IMG/VR virus record: IMGVR_UViG_3300031963_000006
Span: 1-64,000 of that record
DNA length: 64,000 bases
Reading direction: 5' to 3' (one strand)
The notes below the pieces were generated by a model. That model was not told where the DNA came from. It did no database searches and worked only from the letters and a program-made list of their open reading frames with translations. The position numbers and the translations under genes were made by a program. Position 1 is the stretch's first letter. Every line of letters starts with the position of its first letter. Positions 50,213 to 59,821 of this stretch are shown here, one piece after another.

Positions 50213-53200
50213 ATGTCCCAATCAATTGTTATAGAGTATATAAATTTTAGTGGAGAGACTGCGGTAATTTTATTCACCCCATTTGGTGAAACCGATGTTA
50301 TTAATTTAGGTACCGTTATACTACCGTATGACTTTAATCCTTCATTATTAACACCCCCAAAAGATATTTATGGTTCATATAATGTTATAACTTCAGGAGG
50401 AAGTTGTTCAAATATAGTTACAATTTTACCGACCACACCAAACCAAACACGAACACCATCAAGGACCCCAACACAAACAAAAACTCAAACAATTACCCCG
50501 TCAAATACCGAAACCCCTACCGGTACCCCATGTCCGACTAAAACATCAACTCCGACTAATACCCAAACGCCAACCTTACAGCCAACTGAAACTCCAACAT
50601 CAACTTTATGTCCTACTAAAACCCCAACTGAAACTCCTAAAAGTACATTAACACCTACTAAAACGCCAACTCAAACTAAAACTCAAACGTCTACCCCAAC
50701 CAATACACCAACTAATACCAAAACACCGACCAAAACAAGTACCGAAACTCCGACTAATACTCCTACTAAAACAGAAACTCCAACCCAAACTAAAACCGAA
50801 ACACCTACAAAAACCCCTACAAAAACAAATACTCAAACACCCACTAATACTCCAACTAACACCGGAACTCCAACTCCAACTAACACCGGAACTCCAACTC
50901 AAACTAAAACGAGTACCCAGACTAATACAAGTACGCCAACTAAAACCGAAACCCCGACCCAAACTAAAACACCAACCATAACCCCAACCCAAACTAAAAC
51001 CCAAACCACGACTCCAACACAAACAAAAACCCCTACCCAAACAAAAACAGGTACTCCAACACAAACAAAAACAGGTACTCCAACAAAAACTAATACACCA
51101 ACTCAAACAGTTACACGTACAGTAACAAAAACATCATCCCAAACCCCAACTCCAACAACAACACCTCCAGGTGAGTATACAGGTACTAACGTTTGTGACC
51201 AATACATAGTAGTTTCAGATGGCTATAGAGGGACTCGTCAATTCCAAGTTGATATCGGTTCTCAGATTGGGTCATTAAATATATTTTTTAATGCCGGTAA
51301 TGTTCCTGATAGATTTTACTTCTATTACGATGGCGTATTAGAAAGAGATACAGGATTTAGAGGTGACCCGTCATTTAACCCTCAACTGAATTCCGCCGGT
51401 TATCCTTCTGTGAATGGTGCGGGAACCGGTTCTTTTGTGTTTAACAAATCCACATCTTCCCCAACAACCATTGAAGTTATCGTTTTTTCCCCATTCGAGC
51501 CTGTTGATTTTAACTTATATATCTCATGTCCTATACCTGAACCAAGTCAAACTCCGACTAAAACTCAAACACCTACTAGTACTCAAACTAAAACACCGAC
51601 AAAATCAATAACTCCAACAAAAACTTCAACTCCAACTATAAATCCATCACAAACCCCAACAAAAACCCAAACTCAAACTAAAACACCCACAAAGACATCA
51701 ACCACTACACAAACTCCTACAAAAACTTCAACACCTACACAAACACCAACATCGACGCCTCCATTTGAATTTAGTGGTACCGCAGTGTGTGACCAAAAAT
51801 TCTTTGGTTCTCCTTCAGATTATGGAACATTGTATTACACAATAGATGTTGGAAGTGAGATAGGACCTATAATTTTAAATGTAAATTCCAATTTAACCCC
51901 TGTTTGGTTTAGATTATATTGGAATTCAACATTAGTTATTGACACAGGATTTATAGGAAATCCATTGTATAATACCGAATTGAACAATTTAGGTTATCCT
52001 GATGTATCCGATACTGGTTTAGTTTCAATTTCATTTGATAAAACATTATCATCACCAACTGAAGTTATATTAGAAATAGTTGTTCCAATTTTAGGGGCGT
52101 CATGGAATGCTCTAGTTGAATGTCCGTCAGTCACTCCAACACCAACTCCAACAATGACCCAAACTAAAACCCCAACAATAACTTCAACTAATACTCCAAC
52201 AAATACCAATACTCCAACTCAAACTAAATCACAAACCCCAACAAATACAAATACACCAACTGTTACTAAAACGGTTAGGGCTACTTTAACCCCAACTCAA
52301 ACCCAAACTTCAACCATGACTCAAACTAGAACTCAAACAAAAACTCCAACAAATACTATAAGTCAAACCCCAACTCAAACCCAAACTCAAACCCCAACTA
52401 ACACTCAAACCCCAACTAACACTCAAACGGATACACCAAGGTCAACTAGAACCCCAACCGCAACTCCAACTGACCCGCCTCCAACTCCCCCATCGACAAA
52501 TACTCCAACGCAAACAAAAACAAATACTACAACTAATACCTCCACACCGTCTCAAACTGCAACACAGACTAAAACTCCTACTCAAACTACAACCCAAACT
52601 AAAACATCTACTCAGACCCCAACCCAAACTAAAACATCTACTCAGACCCCAACACCAACAAGAACTCCAGATGTATCTCCTCCATCAACACCTAGTCCAA
52701 CACCAACAAATACAGGAACTCAAACAAGTACCCCAACAAATACTCAGACTCAAACTCAAACTCCAACAAATACTCAGACTCAAACTCAAACTCCTACAAA
52801 TACGCAAACTCAAACTAATACTCCTACAAATACGCAAACTCAAACTAATACTCAGACTCCGACTAAGAGTCAGACACCAACTAACACCTCAACTAAGACA
52901 CAAACACCAACTCCGACCCAAACTTCACCAACTGCCGTTCCTTGTGCCTCTGAATGTATGATATTATTTAATACATCAACTGATTTATATGTTTATGATT
53001 TTACTGCCGATACATCAACTCAGATAACACCGGCAAACTTATTTGAAAGTGATGATATTGCTCACTATTGGAATCCAATTACAAATGATGGTAGACTTTG
53101 GATATACGGTAATCAAGGTTCGGGTAATCAATACTTTAGAGAATTTAGAATAACATCAATATGTCCATTTACTTTTGACCCTGATTATGGAGGTACAGGA

Positions 53201-55510
53201 ATTAATTATAGAAATATTCCATTCCCTGTTGGTATGCCGAGTCCTTTAGGGAATGGTTTAACCTACTTAGAAACTACCGGAGGTCAACACGTTTTAATTG
53301 GAAGTTTAACTCTAATAACCCCTAATAAGATGGTTAAGTTTTTTATAAACTCAACCGCTTTACCATATACCTCATCTTATACCGAGCTATTTGAAATATC
53401 TTCAGCGGTATTAACACCTGACATTGTTTATGGTGATGTTATTGTGACTAATAATTTGGCTGCGGGAGGACAAAAAATAGTATTTACAAAATATGACCCA
53501 TCACTTCCAGGTACTTCGTACCTAACACAATATGATTATAATGGTTTATTTTATGAATTTGACACTAATCCTATAGGACAAAATTCTCCACCATTAGCAA
53601 CTAACAATATAAATCAACCTCAAGGGTTATTCCAATGGGAGGGGTTAAATTATGTAATACAAAGTAATACCGGTGATGTTTATAACGTTAATGGTAATAT
53701 TCCATATGATAGAACTTTAGTTGGAAATGTCGGACAAATTAATGTTAGAGGTGCTTCTCAGACAATTAATTGTTTGGGTAATAATTTAAGTGGAGGGACT
53801 CCTTATTTTAGATATTCGAATAGAACCGATTTTGCCCCAATAAATAATGAATATGTACAAAGTCTTATACTGGTTAACGGTATTAAAGAATTTGATGTTG
53901 ATTTTGGCGATGGTACTATTATTAATTACAACACTACTTTAACGGATGTTACACAAACTCACGTTTATTCACCGTTAGCTCAAGTATATACCGCCACAAC
54001 ATATGGATTTAAATTAAATGGTAGTAATAACCCAAATATTATTAGTGTTGCTTCAGATATATCTATTAGATTTAGAAATATTTCAGAATTGTTAGCAGGT
54101 GACGATGACCCATATACTTTTGGTTCTTTCCCTGGAATGCTGGGCCTAAGATTTGAAAATTGTAGTTTTGCTAATTTGAACTCAGTTGAGACCTCTCCAT
54201 ATTTTACAACCATTCAATTTGACGGACATGATAACCAATTATTAGAACTTAATACTTTTAATTTAGGTTCTAAAACTAAGTTGGAACAAATTTTTATGGC
54301 TAATTGTGATATGACAGGATTTTCTCATGATTTAACATCAACTTTATTAAATCAAGGAGCGTCTGCCTTTAATTTTTTAAACAATCCACTCCTATCTGAG
54401 GTCAATATTGAATTACCAACAACAATATTAACATATTTTGGATTAAGAACTTCAAACAATATTTCCTCATTACAATCAATTAATAGTTTAAATGGTTTTG
54501 AAAATCTAACAGGATTAACCAAGATAGATGTTCAAGGTAATATTTTAACAGGGTGGACATATAATTTACCTGAAAATTTAATTGAATTTGATATTTCTGA
54601 TAATGCAAGACCTATTCTATTTGCACCAAATCAGTATGGTATAAGAGAATTAAATATTGATTTAACAAATAACGATAAATTAGAAATTTTAAATGTTTCT
54701 AGAAATAGACTTACGGCAATTACTGACACAATTATAAACTGTATAGTTTTGGATGAATTATATTTGGAAATAAATCAATTAACTACTATACCTGATTTAC
54801 CAAATTCAATTACTAGATTAGAATTACAATATAATTCTTTAGTAACTTCGTTTACATCTTACTTACCAAATAATTTACAGGTTTTCTATGGTTATAATAA
54901 TTCAAATATAACAGATTGGACTATACCTTTAACAAATACTCAGTTAACCACGTTCTATGTTTATAGTTGTAATATTTCAGGACCTTGGGATACCCAATTC
55001 CCAAGTACTATAAGAAATATTAGATTAGATGGGAATGATATTACATCGATTAATATAAACTTAGTGAATGGTGCAACCACACTTATAATGTCAGATAATA
55101 CCACATTAACACAGATGACTAATTTATCATCCAATTCTACTATCCAAACTTTAGAATTAAATAATTGTGGTTTCACAAGCTTCTCTAATTTGTTTTCAAC
55201 AAGTTTACCTTCAACTTTAAGGGTATTTAAATTTGATGAAAATCCAATAATTGGTTCGACATGGCCCACAAATGCCTTTTTGAACGCTAATATTAATAAC
55301 GTAGTTATGAGACGTTGTGGTTTAGATACGACATCAGTGAACAGAATCATAAACGACATTGCGGCAACAACTACCGCCACCAACGGTACTCTTAATTTGA
55401 GTAACCTAGGAGTTACTAATGGAACCCCTAATTCACCAAGAGATTCGGGTAGTGATGATGCATTAGCCATTTTACAAGCCGCCAATTGGACGGTTACAAC
55501 CGCACCTTAA
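50213..55510 (+). CDS. giant Thr/Pro-repeat protein with beta-sandwich modules, propeller-like domain, PKD-like domain and leucine-rich repeats
   Basis: Three long TPT tracts; two DTGF modules; FDVDFGDG (PKD-like); LRRs such as [14 protein letters not shown] and [28 protein letters not shown]. Confidence 0.82.
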   Translation: MSQSIVIEYINFSGETAVILFTPFGETDVINLGTVILPYDFNPSLLTPPKDIYGSYNVITSGGSCSNIVTILPTTPNQTRTPSRTPTQTKTQTITPSNTETPTGTPCPTKTSTPTNTQTPTLQPTETPTSTLCPTKTPTETPKSTLTPTKTPTQTKTQTSTPTNTPTNTKTPTKTSTETPTNTPTKTETPTQTKTETPTKTPTKTNTQTPTNTPTNTGTPTPTNTGTPTQTKTSTQTNTSTPTKTETPTQTKTPTITPTQTKTQTTTPTQTKTPTQTKTGTPTQTKTGTPTKTNTPTQTVTRTVTKTSSQTPTPTTTPPGEYTGTNVCDQYIVVSDGYRGTRQFQVDIGSQIGSLNIFFNAGNVPDRFYFYYDGVLERDTGFRGDPSFNPQLNSAGYPSVNGAGTGSFVFNKSTSSPTTIEVIVFSPFEPVDFNLYISCPIPEPSQTPTKTQTPTSTQTKTPTKSITPTKTSTPTINPSQTPTKTQTQTKTPTKTSTTTQTPTKTSTPTQTPTSTPPFEFSGTAVCDQKFFGSPSDYGTLYYTIDVGSEIGPIILNVNSNLTPVWFRLYWNSTLVIDTGFIGNPLYNTELNNLGYPDVSDTGLVSISFDKTLSSPTEVILEIVVPILGASWNALVECPSVTPTPTPTMTQTKTPTITSTNTPTNTNTPTQTKSQTPTNTNTPTVTKTVRATLTPTQTQTSTMTQTRTQTKTPTNTISQTPTQTQTQTPTNTQTPTNTQTDTPRSTRTPTATPTDPPPTPPSTNTPTQTKTNTTTNTSTPSQTATQTKTPTQTTTQTKTSTQTPTQTKTSTQTPTPTRTPDVSPPSTPSPTPTNTGTQTSTPTNTQTQTQTPTNTQTQTQTPTNTQTQTNTPTNTQTQTNTQTPTKSQTPTNTSTKTQTPTPTQTSPTAVPCASECMILFNTSTDLYVYDFTADTSTQITPANLFESDDIAHYWNPITNDGRLWIYGNQGSGNQYFREFRITSICPFTFDPDYGGTGINYRNIPFPVGMPSPLGNGLTYLETTGGQHVLIGSLTLITPNKMVKFFINSTALPYTSSYTELFEISSAVLTPDIVYGDVIVTNNLAAGGQKIVFTKYDPSLPGTSYLTQYDYNGLFYEFDTNPIGQNSPPLATNNINQPQGLFQWEGLNYVIQSNTGDVYNVNGNIPYDRTLVGNVGQINVRGASQTINCLGNNLSGGTPYFRYSNRTDFAPINNEYVQSLILVNGIKEFDVDFGDGTIINYNTTLTDVTQTHVYSPLAQVYTATTYGFKLNGSNNPNIISVASDISIRFRNISELLAGDDDPYTFGSFPGMLGLRFENCSFANLNSVETSPYFTTIQFDGHDNQLLELNTFNLGSKTKLEQIFMANCDMTGFSHDLTSTLLNQGASAFNFLNNPLLSEVNIELPTTILTYFGLRTSNNISSLQSINSLNGFENLTGLTKIDVQGNILTGWTYNLPENLIEFDISDNARPILFAPNQYGIRELNIDLTNNDKLEILNVSRNRLTAITDTIINCIVLDELYLEINQLTTIPDLPNSITRLELQYNSLVTSFTSYLPNNLQVFYGYNNSNITDWTIPLTNTQLTTFYVYSCNISGPWDTQFPSTIRNIRLDGNDITSININLVNGATTLIMSDNTTLTQMTNLSSNSTIQTLELNNCGFTSFSNLFSTSLPSTLRVFKFDENPIIGSTWPTNAFLNANINNVVMRRCGLDTTSVNRIINDIAATTTATNGTLNLSNLGVTNGTPNSPRDSGSDDALAILQAANWTVTTAP
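50852..50899 (+). repeat. perfect 24-bp tandem duplication
   Basis: CCAACTAACACCGGAACTCCAACT x2, in frame (PTNTGTPT). Confidence 0.85.
52591..52650 (+). repeat. perfect 30-bp tandem duplication
   Basis: AACCCAAACTAAAACATCTACTCAGACCCC x2. Confidence 0.85.
52741..52853 (+). repeat. 30-bp tandem repeat, about 4 imperfect copies
   Basis: TACTCAGACTCAAACTCAAACTCC(A/T)ACAAA x2, then TACGCAAACTCAAACTAATACTC... x2. Confidence 0.85.
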
Positions 55511-55523
55511 AAAATATAGAAGA

Positions 55524-56735
55524 ATGCAAAAGGTGGAAATAACTGATTTATGTGGAACCCCTCCTTATGTTGCTAAGGTGTGTGATTACACATACAATTA
55601 TTGTTATCCTGAAATAAGTGGTATAACAGATGTTCCTTTTTATATTGATATACCTGAAGAATTACAGGGGTCTTTTAGGGTAATAATACAATTAACAGAC
55701 ACTTCAGGATGCACCGAATTTAGATATATTGATTCAATAACTCCAACACCAACTGTAACCTTAACTCCATCTCCAACATCCACACCAACTTCAGAATGTA
55801 GATGTATCGTGTTTACTAACACATCGGCAGGAGACATTGATATCGGTTACACACAATGTGATGGTACCCCTTTTTATGGGTTATGTCCTGGCGATAACTT
55901 ATTGTATGCGTGCGGCTCGAATCCGTATGTAACAAATGATAAAGCGTATTTTAATATCTATGGTGATTGTATTAATAATTCTTGTTTTGACCCCCCGCTT
56001 CCATTTCCATTTGAGTCAACCCCTACAGTTACTCCAACACTAACTGTAACTCCGTCATATACCCCTTCGGTAACATTAACAAAAACTCCAACAGGAACAA
56101 TTACAAGTCCAACACCAACAAAAACTCAAACTAAAACACCTAGAATAACCACAACACCAACTGCCGCACCATTTGTTGCGTATTTATTCATTGAACCAAA
56201 TACAGGGTCAACCGAAATAGGTGAATGGATGTACACAGTAAACGGTCAAAATTTCTTTGGATTTAGTAACGGTAGTCAACCAACTCAAAACCAATCGGAT
56301 TTTAATAATGAATTAAATATATATGTTGATTTTTCAGGATGGACCGCAGGGACATTCCCTTCAGTAATAACACAAACAATTCCTAGAGTTTCAGGTGGAG
56401 TTGATGCATTTGGTAATTCTATAGTTGCTAATAACTTCACAACGGCTGTAGTATCAGCAAATACATTGAATGGTAGTGGATGGTTCGTTTGGATGATACC
56501 AACCGGAGCAACAAATGGTCTGTACCAATCTCAGATAGATTACAGTTTATCAAGTCCAAATCTTTTGACTCCATTATTTATGGAGTCAACAATTTATAGT
56601 TACACATTCTATTATACAGGCTCAACCATACCAAATACGACTTATCGAGTTTATACCACATTCCCAGGCGTAGATTTTAATTTATCAAACGCAGGAACGA
56701 ATATTTATTTTAGAGGTAACTCATTAAGTTCATAA
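55524..56735 (+). CDS. putative virion protein with Cys module and Thr/Pro linkers
   Basis: 403 aa; CRC...C...C module, TPTVT tracts and a beta-rich C-terminal domain. Confidence 0.75.
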   Translation: MQKVEITDLCGTPPYVAKVCDYTYNYCYPEISGITDVPFYIDIPEELQGSFRVIIQLTDTSGCTEFRYIDSITPTPTVTLTPSPTSTPTSECRCIVFTNTSAGDIDIGYTQCDGTPFYGLCPGDNLLYACGSNPYVTNDKAYFNIYGDCINNSCFDPPLPFPFESTPTVTPTLTVTPSYTPSVTLTKTPTGTITSPTPTKTQTKTPRITTTPTAAPFVAYLFIEPNTGSTEIGEWMYTVNGQNFFGFSNGSQPTQNQSDFNNELNIYVDFSGWTAGTFPSVITQTIPRVSGGVDAFGNSIVANNFTTAVVSANTLNGSGWFVWMIPTGATNGLYQSQIDYSLSSPNLLTPLFMESTIYSYTFYYTGSTIPNTTYRVYTTFPGVDFNLSNAGTNIYFRGNSLSS

Positions 56736-56736
56736 T

Positions 56737-58242
56737 ATGGCCGAACCCTTTAAACTTCCAATATCTCCCGAACAACTAAACGGAATTCAATCAGTATCGA
56801 GAACTGAGGTTTTTGGTACAAACTATTCTGTATTAGGTATTGGTGGTTATATGGAGGTATATAACATTTCGGATTTAACATTTGAAATACCTTCAGGTGT
56901 AACTGGTACAATAAGTCTGAGTTCCAATACAATACCAATTAATTTTATAAAAGGTAGTGGGTCCGCATATTCTCCTGATATTCTTGTTATGGGTTCTGAC
57001 AATCTATCTTCAGGTAGAAGAAGATTGGGTATGTTGGCCTACGTATATGAGACTGACCAAATCTACCAATATCGTATAGATAATTATGATACTCTATGGG
57101 CGGCGGCAACAGGTGCCACAGGAGTTGGTGGTGATACAGTTGTTATGTCCGATTTTGGCACAACCGTAAAGAATAACTCCGTTGCCGGTCAAAACTTTAT
57201 AAACGCGTGGACAGCAAATACCATAGAGGATGTAAGTGGTGAGACTAGTGTTACTGCCGTTTGGAAAAAACTAACAACAGGTGGTGGAGGAGGTTCAGGA
57301 ATTACTGGAGGAACATATTACCCAAACACATTAACTTTAGATTTAGAATCCACAGGTGGAACAATATCGATTGGTAATGTAACAGGTCTTTATATCTCTG
57401 CGGGAACTTATTCGTCAGGAACTTCTACTTTGGATTTATATAATTCGACAGGAGGAACAATATCAGTAACTGGTATAACGGCTGGTTCAGGAGGGGCAAC
57501 AGGACTAACTCCAAGTGATTATGTTGTACAAGGTAAGTTAAATGCAAACCAATCAATCTCGGCAAATACAGATGTAATTATACAGTTTGTAGATGACTTT
57601 GACCCACAGAATTGGTGGAACGCATCTACGTATCAACTCACCCCTACAATTGCGGGATACTATAATATTTTTGTTGGGGTATGGCTTGATAATCCGGGTG
57701 TAACAAATAATCAAGCAAATATTCAGGTTAGAAAAAATGGTAATTCATTTGTAATTGTACAAAATCCATTAAACAATGTAACGGGTCAAGCATTCGAGGC
57801 CAGTAAAATTGTCTATTTGAATGGCACGACAGATTATATCGAATTTACAATCTTTCAAGGCTCAACAGGAAGTGTCAATATATTACAAGGAACTGCAAAT
57901 GGTTCGGGAACTTGGTTTTCCGCATCATTAATTGTCGGTGGAAACTCGGCGTTCACTGGAGGGGGAACAACAAACTACATTTCAAAATGGACAAGTTCTT
58001 CTAGTTTAGGAAACAGTCAAATTTTTGATAACGGAACTTCTGTAGGTTTTGGGACATCCTCACCTAGTTCTAGTTCAATAGTTGATTTGACATCATCATC
58101 TAAAGGGTTTTTACCTCCAAGAATGACGGAAGCTCAACGAAACGCGATATCAAGTCCAACAATTGGATTAATGGTATATCAAACCAATGGAAGTGATGGA
58201 GTGTATGTTTATAAAGCTTCGGGTTGGGTTCAGATGATATAA
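56737..58242 (+). CDS. fibre-like protein with C1q/TNF-like domain and Bacteroidota-type C-terminal module
   Basis: FDPQNWWNASTYQLTPTIAGYY...GTTDYIE...WFSASLI (C1q-like); C-terminal VGFGT..P....DLTS..KGFLPPRMT..QR.AI. Confidence 0.7.
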   Translation: MAEPFKLPISPEQLNGIQSVSRTEVFGTNYSVLGIGGYMEVYNISDLTFEIPSGVTGTISLSSNTIPINFIKGSGSAYSPDILVMGSDNLSSGRRRLGMLAYVYETDQIYQYRIDNYDTLWAAATGATGVGGDTVVMSDFGTTVKNNSVAGQNFINAWTANTIEDVSGETSVTAVWKKLTTGGGGGSGITGGTYYPNTLTLDLESTGGTISIGNVTGLYISAGTYSSGTSTLDLYNSTGGTISVTGITAGSGGATGLTPSDYVVQGKLNANQSISANTDVIIQFVDDFDPQNWWNASTYQLTPTIAGYYNIFVGVWLDNPGVTNNQANIQVRKNGNSFVIVQNPLNNVTGQAFEASKIVYLNGTTDYIEFTIFQGSTGSVNILQGTANGSGTWFSASLIVGGNSAFTGGGTTNYISKWTSSSSLGNSQIFDNGTSVGFGTSSPSSSSIVDLTSSSKGFLPPRMTEAQRNAISSPTIGLMVYQTNGSDGVYVYKASGWVQMI

Positions 58243-58704
58243 TTATTTACCCATCAACCTATTGAGAATATCCTGTTTTGTAAGTTCAACTTTTCTTTTA
58301 GTTTGAACTGTTTTTGTTTCAACCACTTTTGGCTTTACAGGTTCTTCTTTTTGTTCGGCAACAATCACATTAACTTTTGGTTTGTCCTCGACTTGCTCAG
58401 CAACAACAACATTAACTTTCTTGTTTGTCTTAACACTAAAGTCAGAAGCCCATGGCTCAAAATACACATCATCGGCAATAACTTCCAATCTCATATTACC
58501 TTTTGTACCTTCAGGTAAAAAGTGCTTTGTTTTAGGAATATTAACTTCACAAATACCGGTATTTTCTATTGAACCATTAAACATGTAGGACATTTCATCG
58601 GTTTCAATAACCAATCTAACTTTAGATTTAGATAATGAAGTACCTTCAATTTCAATATTACAATTGAATTTGTTTGCTTTATCTGTATATAAATTGTATG
58701 CCAT
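58243..58704 (-). CDS. hypothetical beta-sandwich protein (possibly BppU-N/Ig-like) with basic tail
   Basis: 153 aa; alternating beta strands; its stop abuts the convergent gene's stop with no gap. Confidence 0.6.
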   Translation of the reverse strand: MAYNLYTDKANKFNCNIEIEGTSLSKSKVRLVIETDEMSYMFNGSIENTGICEVNIPKTKHFLPEGTKGNMRLEVIADDVYFEPWASDFSVKTNKKVNVVVAEQVEDKPKVNVIVAEQKEEPVKPKVVETKTVQTKRKVELTKQDILNRLMGK

Positions 58705-58709
58705 ATCTC

Positions 58710-58716
58710 ATAAATA
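58710..58716 (-). promoter_or_regulatory. TATTTAT motif upstream of 58243..58704
   Basis: Plus strand ATAAATA at 58710-58716. Confidence 0.3.
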
Positions 58717-58721
58717 TATCG

Positions 58722-59054
58722 TTAATCTATATTTTTCACATTGACATTTATAAATCTTTGTTCTTTCATTAACACCTCAACATCTTTTAATCTTATTTTT
58801 ACTTGTTTGTTTTTCCCTTTTGACATTTTTTTCTCAATAACAATTTCATCCACCTCAAGTCTCAAAAATAGATTAATTAAAACTTCTTTTTCTTCTTTAT
58901 CTAATTCTTTAAGTTTGGCCCTAAATCTCCTTATGGATTGCATACCACCGGCTCCTTGAACCAATTTTTCAATAACGCAACCTTCTTTCCAAGTGAAAGG
59001 TGTTTCATTCCAAGGAAATGGTGTATCATCCCATGCGTAACAAACGAGTGCCAT
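58722..59054 (-). CDS. hypothetical protein (N-terminal W..T...W repeats)
   Basis: ATG at 59054 (MALVCYAWDDTPFPWNETPFTW) preferred because track start 59159 overlaps the divergent gene. Confidence 0.65.
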   Translation of the reverse strand: MALVCYAWDDTPFPWNETPFTWKEGCVIEKLVQGAGGMQSIRRFRAKLKELDKEEKEVLINLFLRLEVDEIVIEKKMSKGKNKQVKIRLKDVEVLMKEQRFINVNVKNID

Positions 59055-59056
59055 AC

Positions 59057-59063
59057 TATTTAT
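59057..59063 (+). promoter_or_regulatory. TATTTAT motif upstream of 59093
   Basis: CTATTTATA ends about 29 nt before the ATG. Confidence 0.4.
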
Positions 59064-59092
59064 AAGTAGTATATTTTTAATAAAATTAAAGG

Positions 59093-59818
59093 ATGTCCGA
59101 TATATCAAATCAATTAATAAAGGATTCATACAATTATGTTCTTCAGTCTGACTTATCAAGCGGTACGGTATATCGTATAGGTGGAAGTATACCTGTTAAT
59201 CCAAAATTTTTATCAGGATTAACAATTAATGGTGATTTTATATATTCAAATGGAACGGAACAAAATGGTTATGCTCTTTTAACTGACGGAACAGGATATG
59301 CTTATTGGGGGCCTGTATCATCAGCAACACCTTCTTCAGGTGTAACATTTATTGCGGTAGGAACAGGATTATCGGCGGACTCAACAACAGGAGCTGTCAC
59401 AATAATTAATACTGCTCCTGACCAAACAGTTACAATTACAGGTGGAACCAATATTCAAATTACGGGAACATATCCTGATTTCGGTGTAAACTTTACTGGT
59501 TCAACAACAGGAGGAACCGTTAGTGGAGATTACCTTCCATTAAGCGGGGGAACCGTAACAGGAGGAACAATATTCCAAAGCGGATTAACGGCAAATACAT
59601 TTTATTCATCAGGTCAAGTTGGTATTGGAACGGCAAGTCCAAATGCTAAGGCAATAATAGAAATTGCATCAACAACCCAAGGTGTTTTATTTCCAAGAAT
59701 GACAAAAGTAGAAAGGGATGCAATTACTTCTCCACCAATTGGACTTATACTTTTTGTGACTGATGATAATGAAGGTTTGTATATTTATAAAACAAGTGGA
59801 TGGGTTCAAATAATTTAA
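59093..59818 (+). CDS. Gly/Thr-rich fibre-like protein with Bacteroidota-type C-terminal module
   Basis: C-terminal VGIGTASP..KAIIEIASTTQGVLFPRMT..ERDAI...GWVQII is paralogous to the end of 56737..58242. Confidence 0.75.
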   Translation: MSDISNQLIKDSYNYVLQSDLSSGTVYRIGGSIPVNPKFLSGLTINGDFIYSNGTEQNGYALLTDGTGYAYWGPVSSATPSSGVTFIAVGTGLSADSTTGAVTIINTAPDQTVTITGGTNIQITGTYPDFGVNFTGSTTGGTVSGDYLPLSGGTVTGGTIFQSGLTANTFYSSGQVGIGTASPNAKAIIEIASTTQGVLFPRMTKVERDAITSPPIGLILFVTDDNEGLYIYKTSGWVQII

Positions 59819-59821
59819 GAA

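Noticed and set aside
37294-52627. Val/Gly-rich or Cys/Phe/Trp-rich minus-strand ORFs and Gln/Leu/His-rich alternate-frame ORFs over the Thr/Pro tracts (e.g. 37806..38210, 42373..42618, 49181..49363, 50648..51106)
   Set aside because: They are shadows of ACN-CCN repeat DNA, which lacks stops in other frames, and they lie wholly inside long, coherent genes.
50430-52935. Possible CRISPR array in the 24-30 bp repeats
   Set aside because: The repeats are directly tandem with no unique spacers, are in-frame coding sequence, and no cas genes are present.
36610-52935. Ice-binding TxT solenoid interpretation of the Thr-every-second-residue tracts
   Set aside because: The frequent prolines are incompatible with a regular beta-solenoid; an extended linker or stalk fits better.
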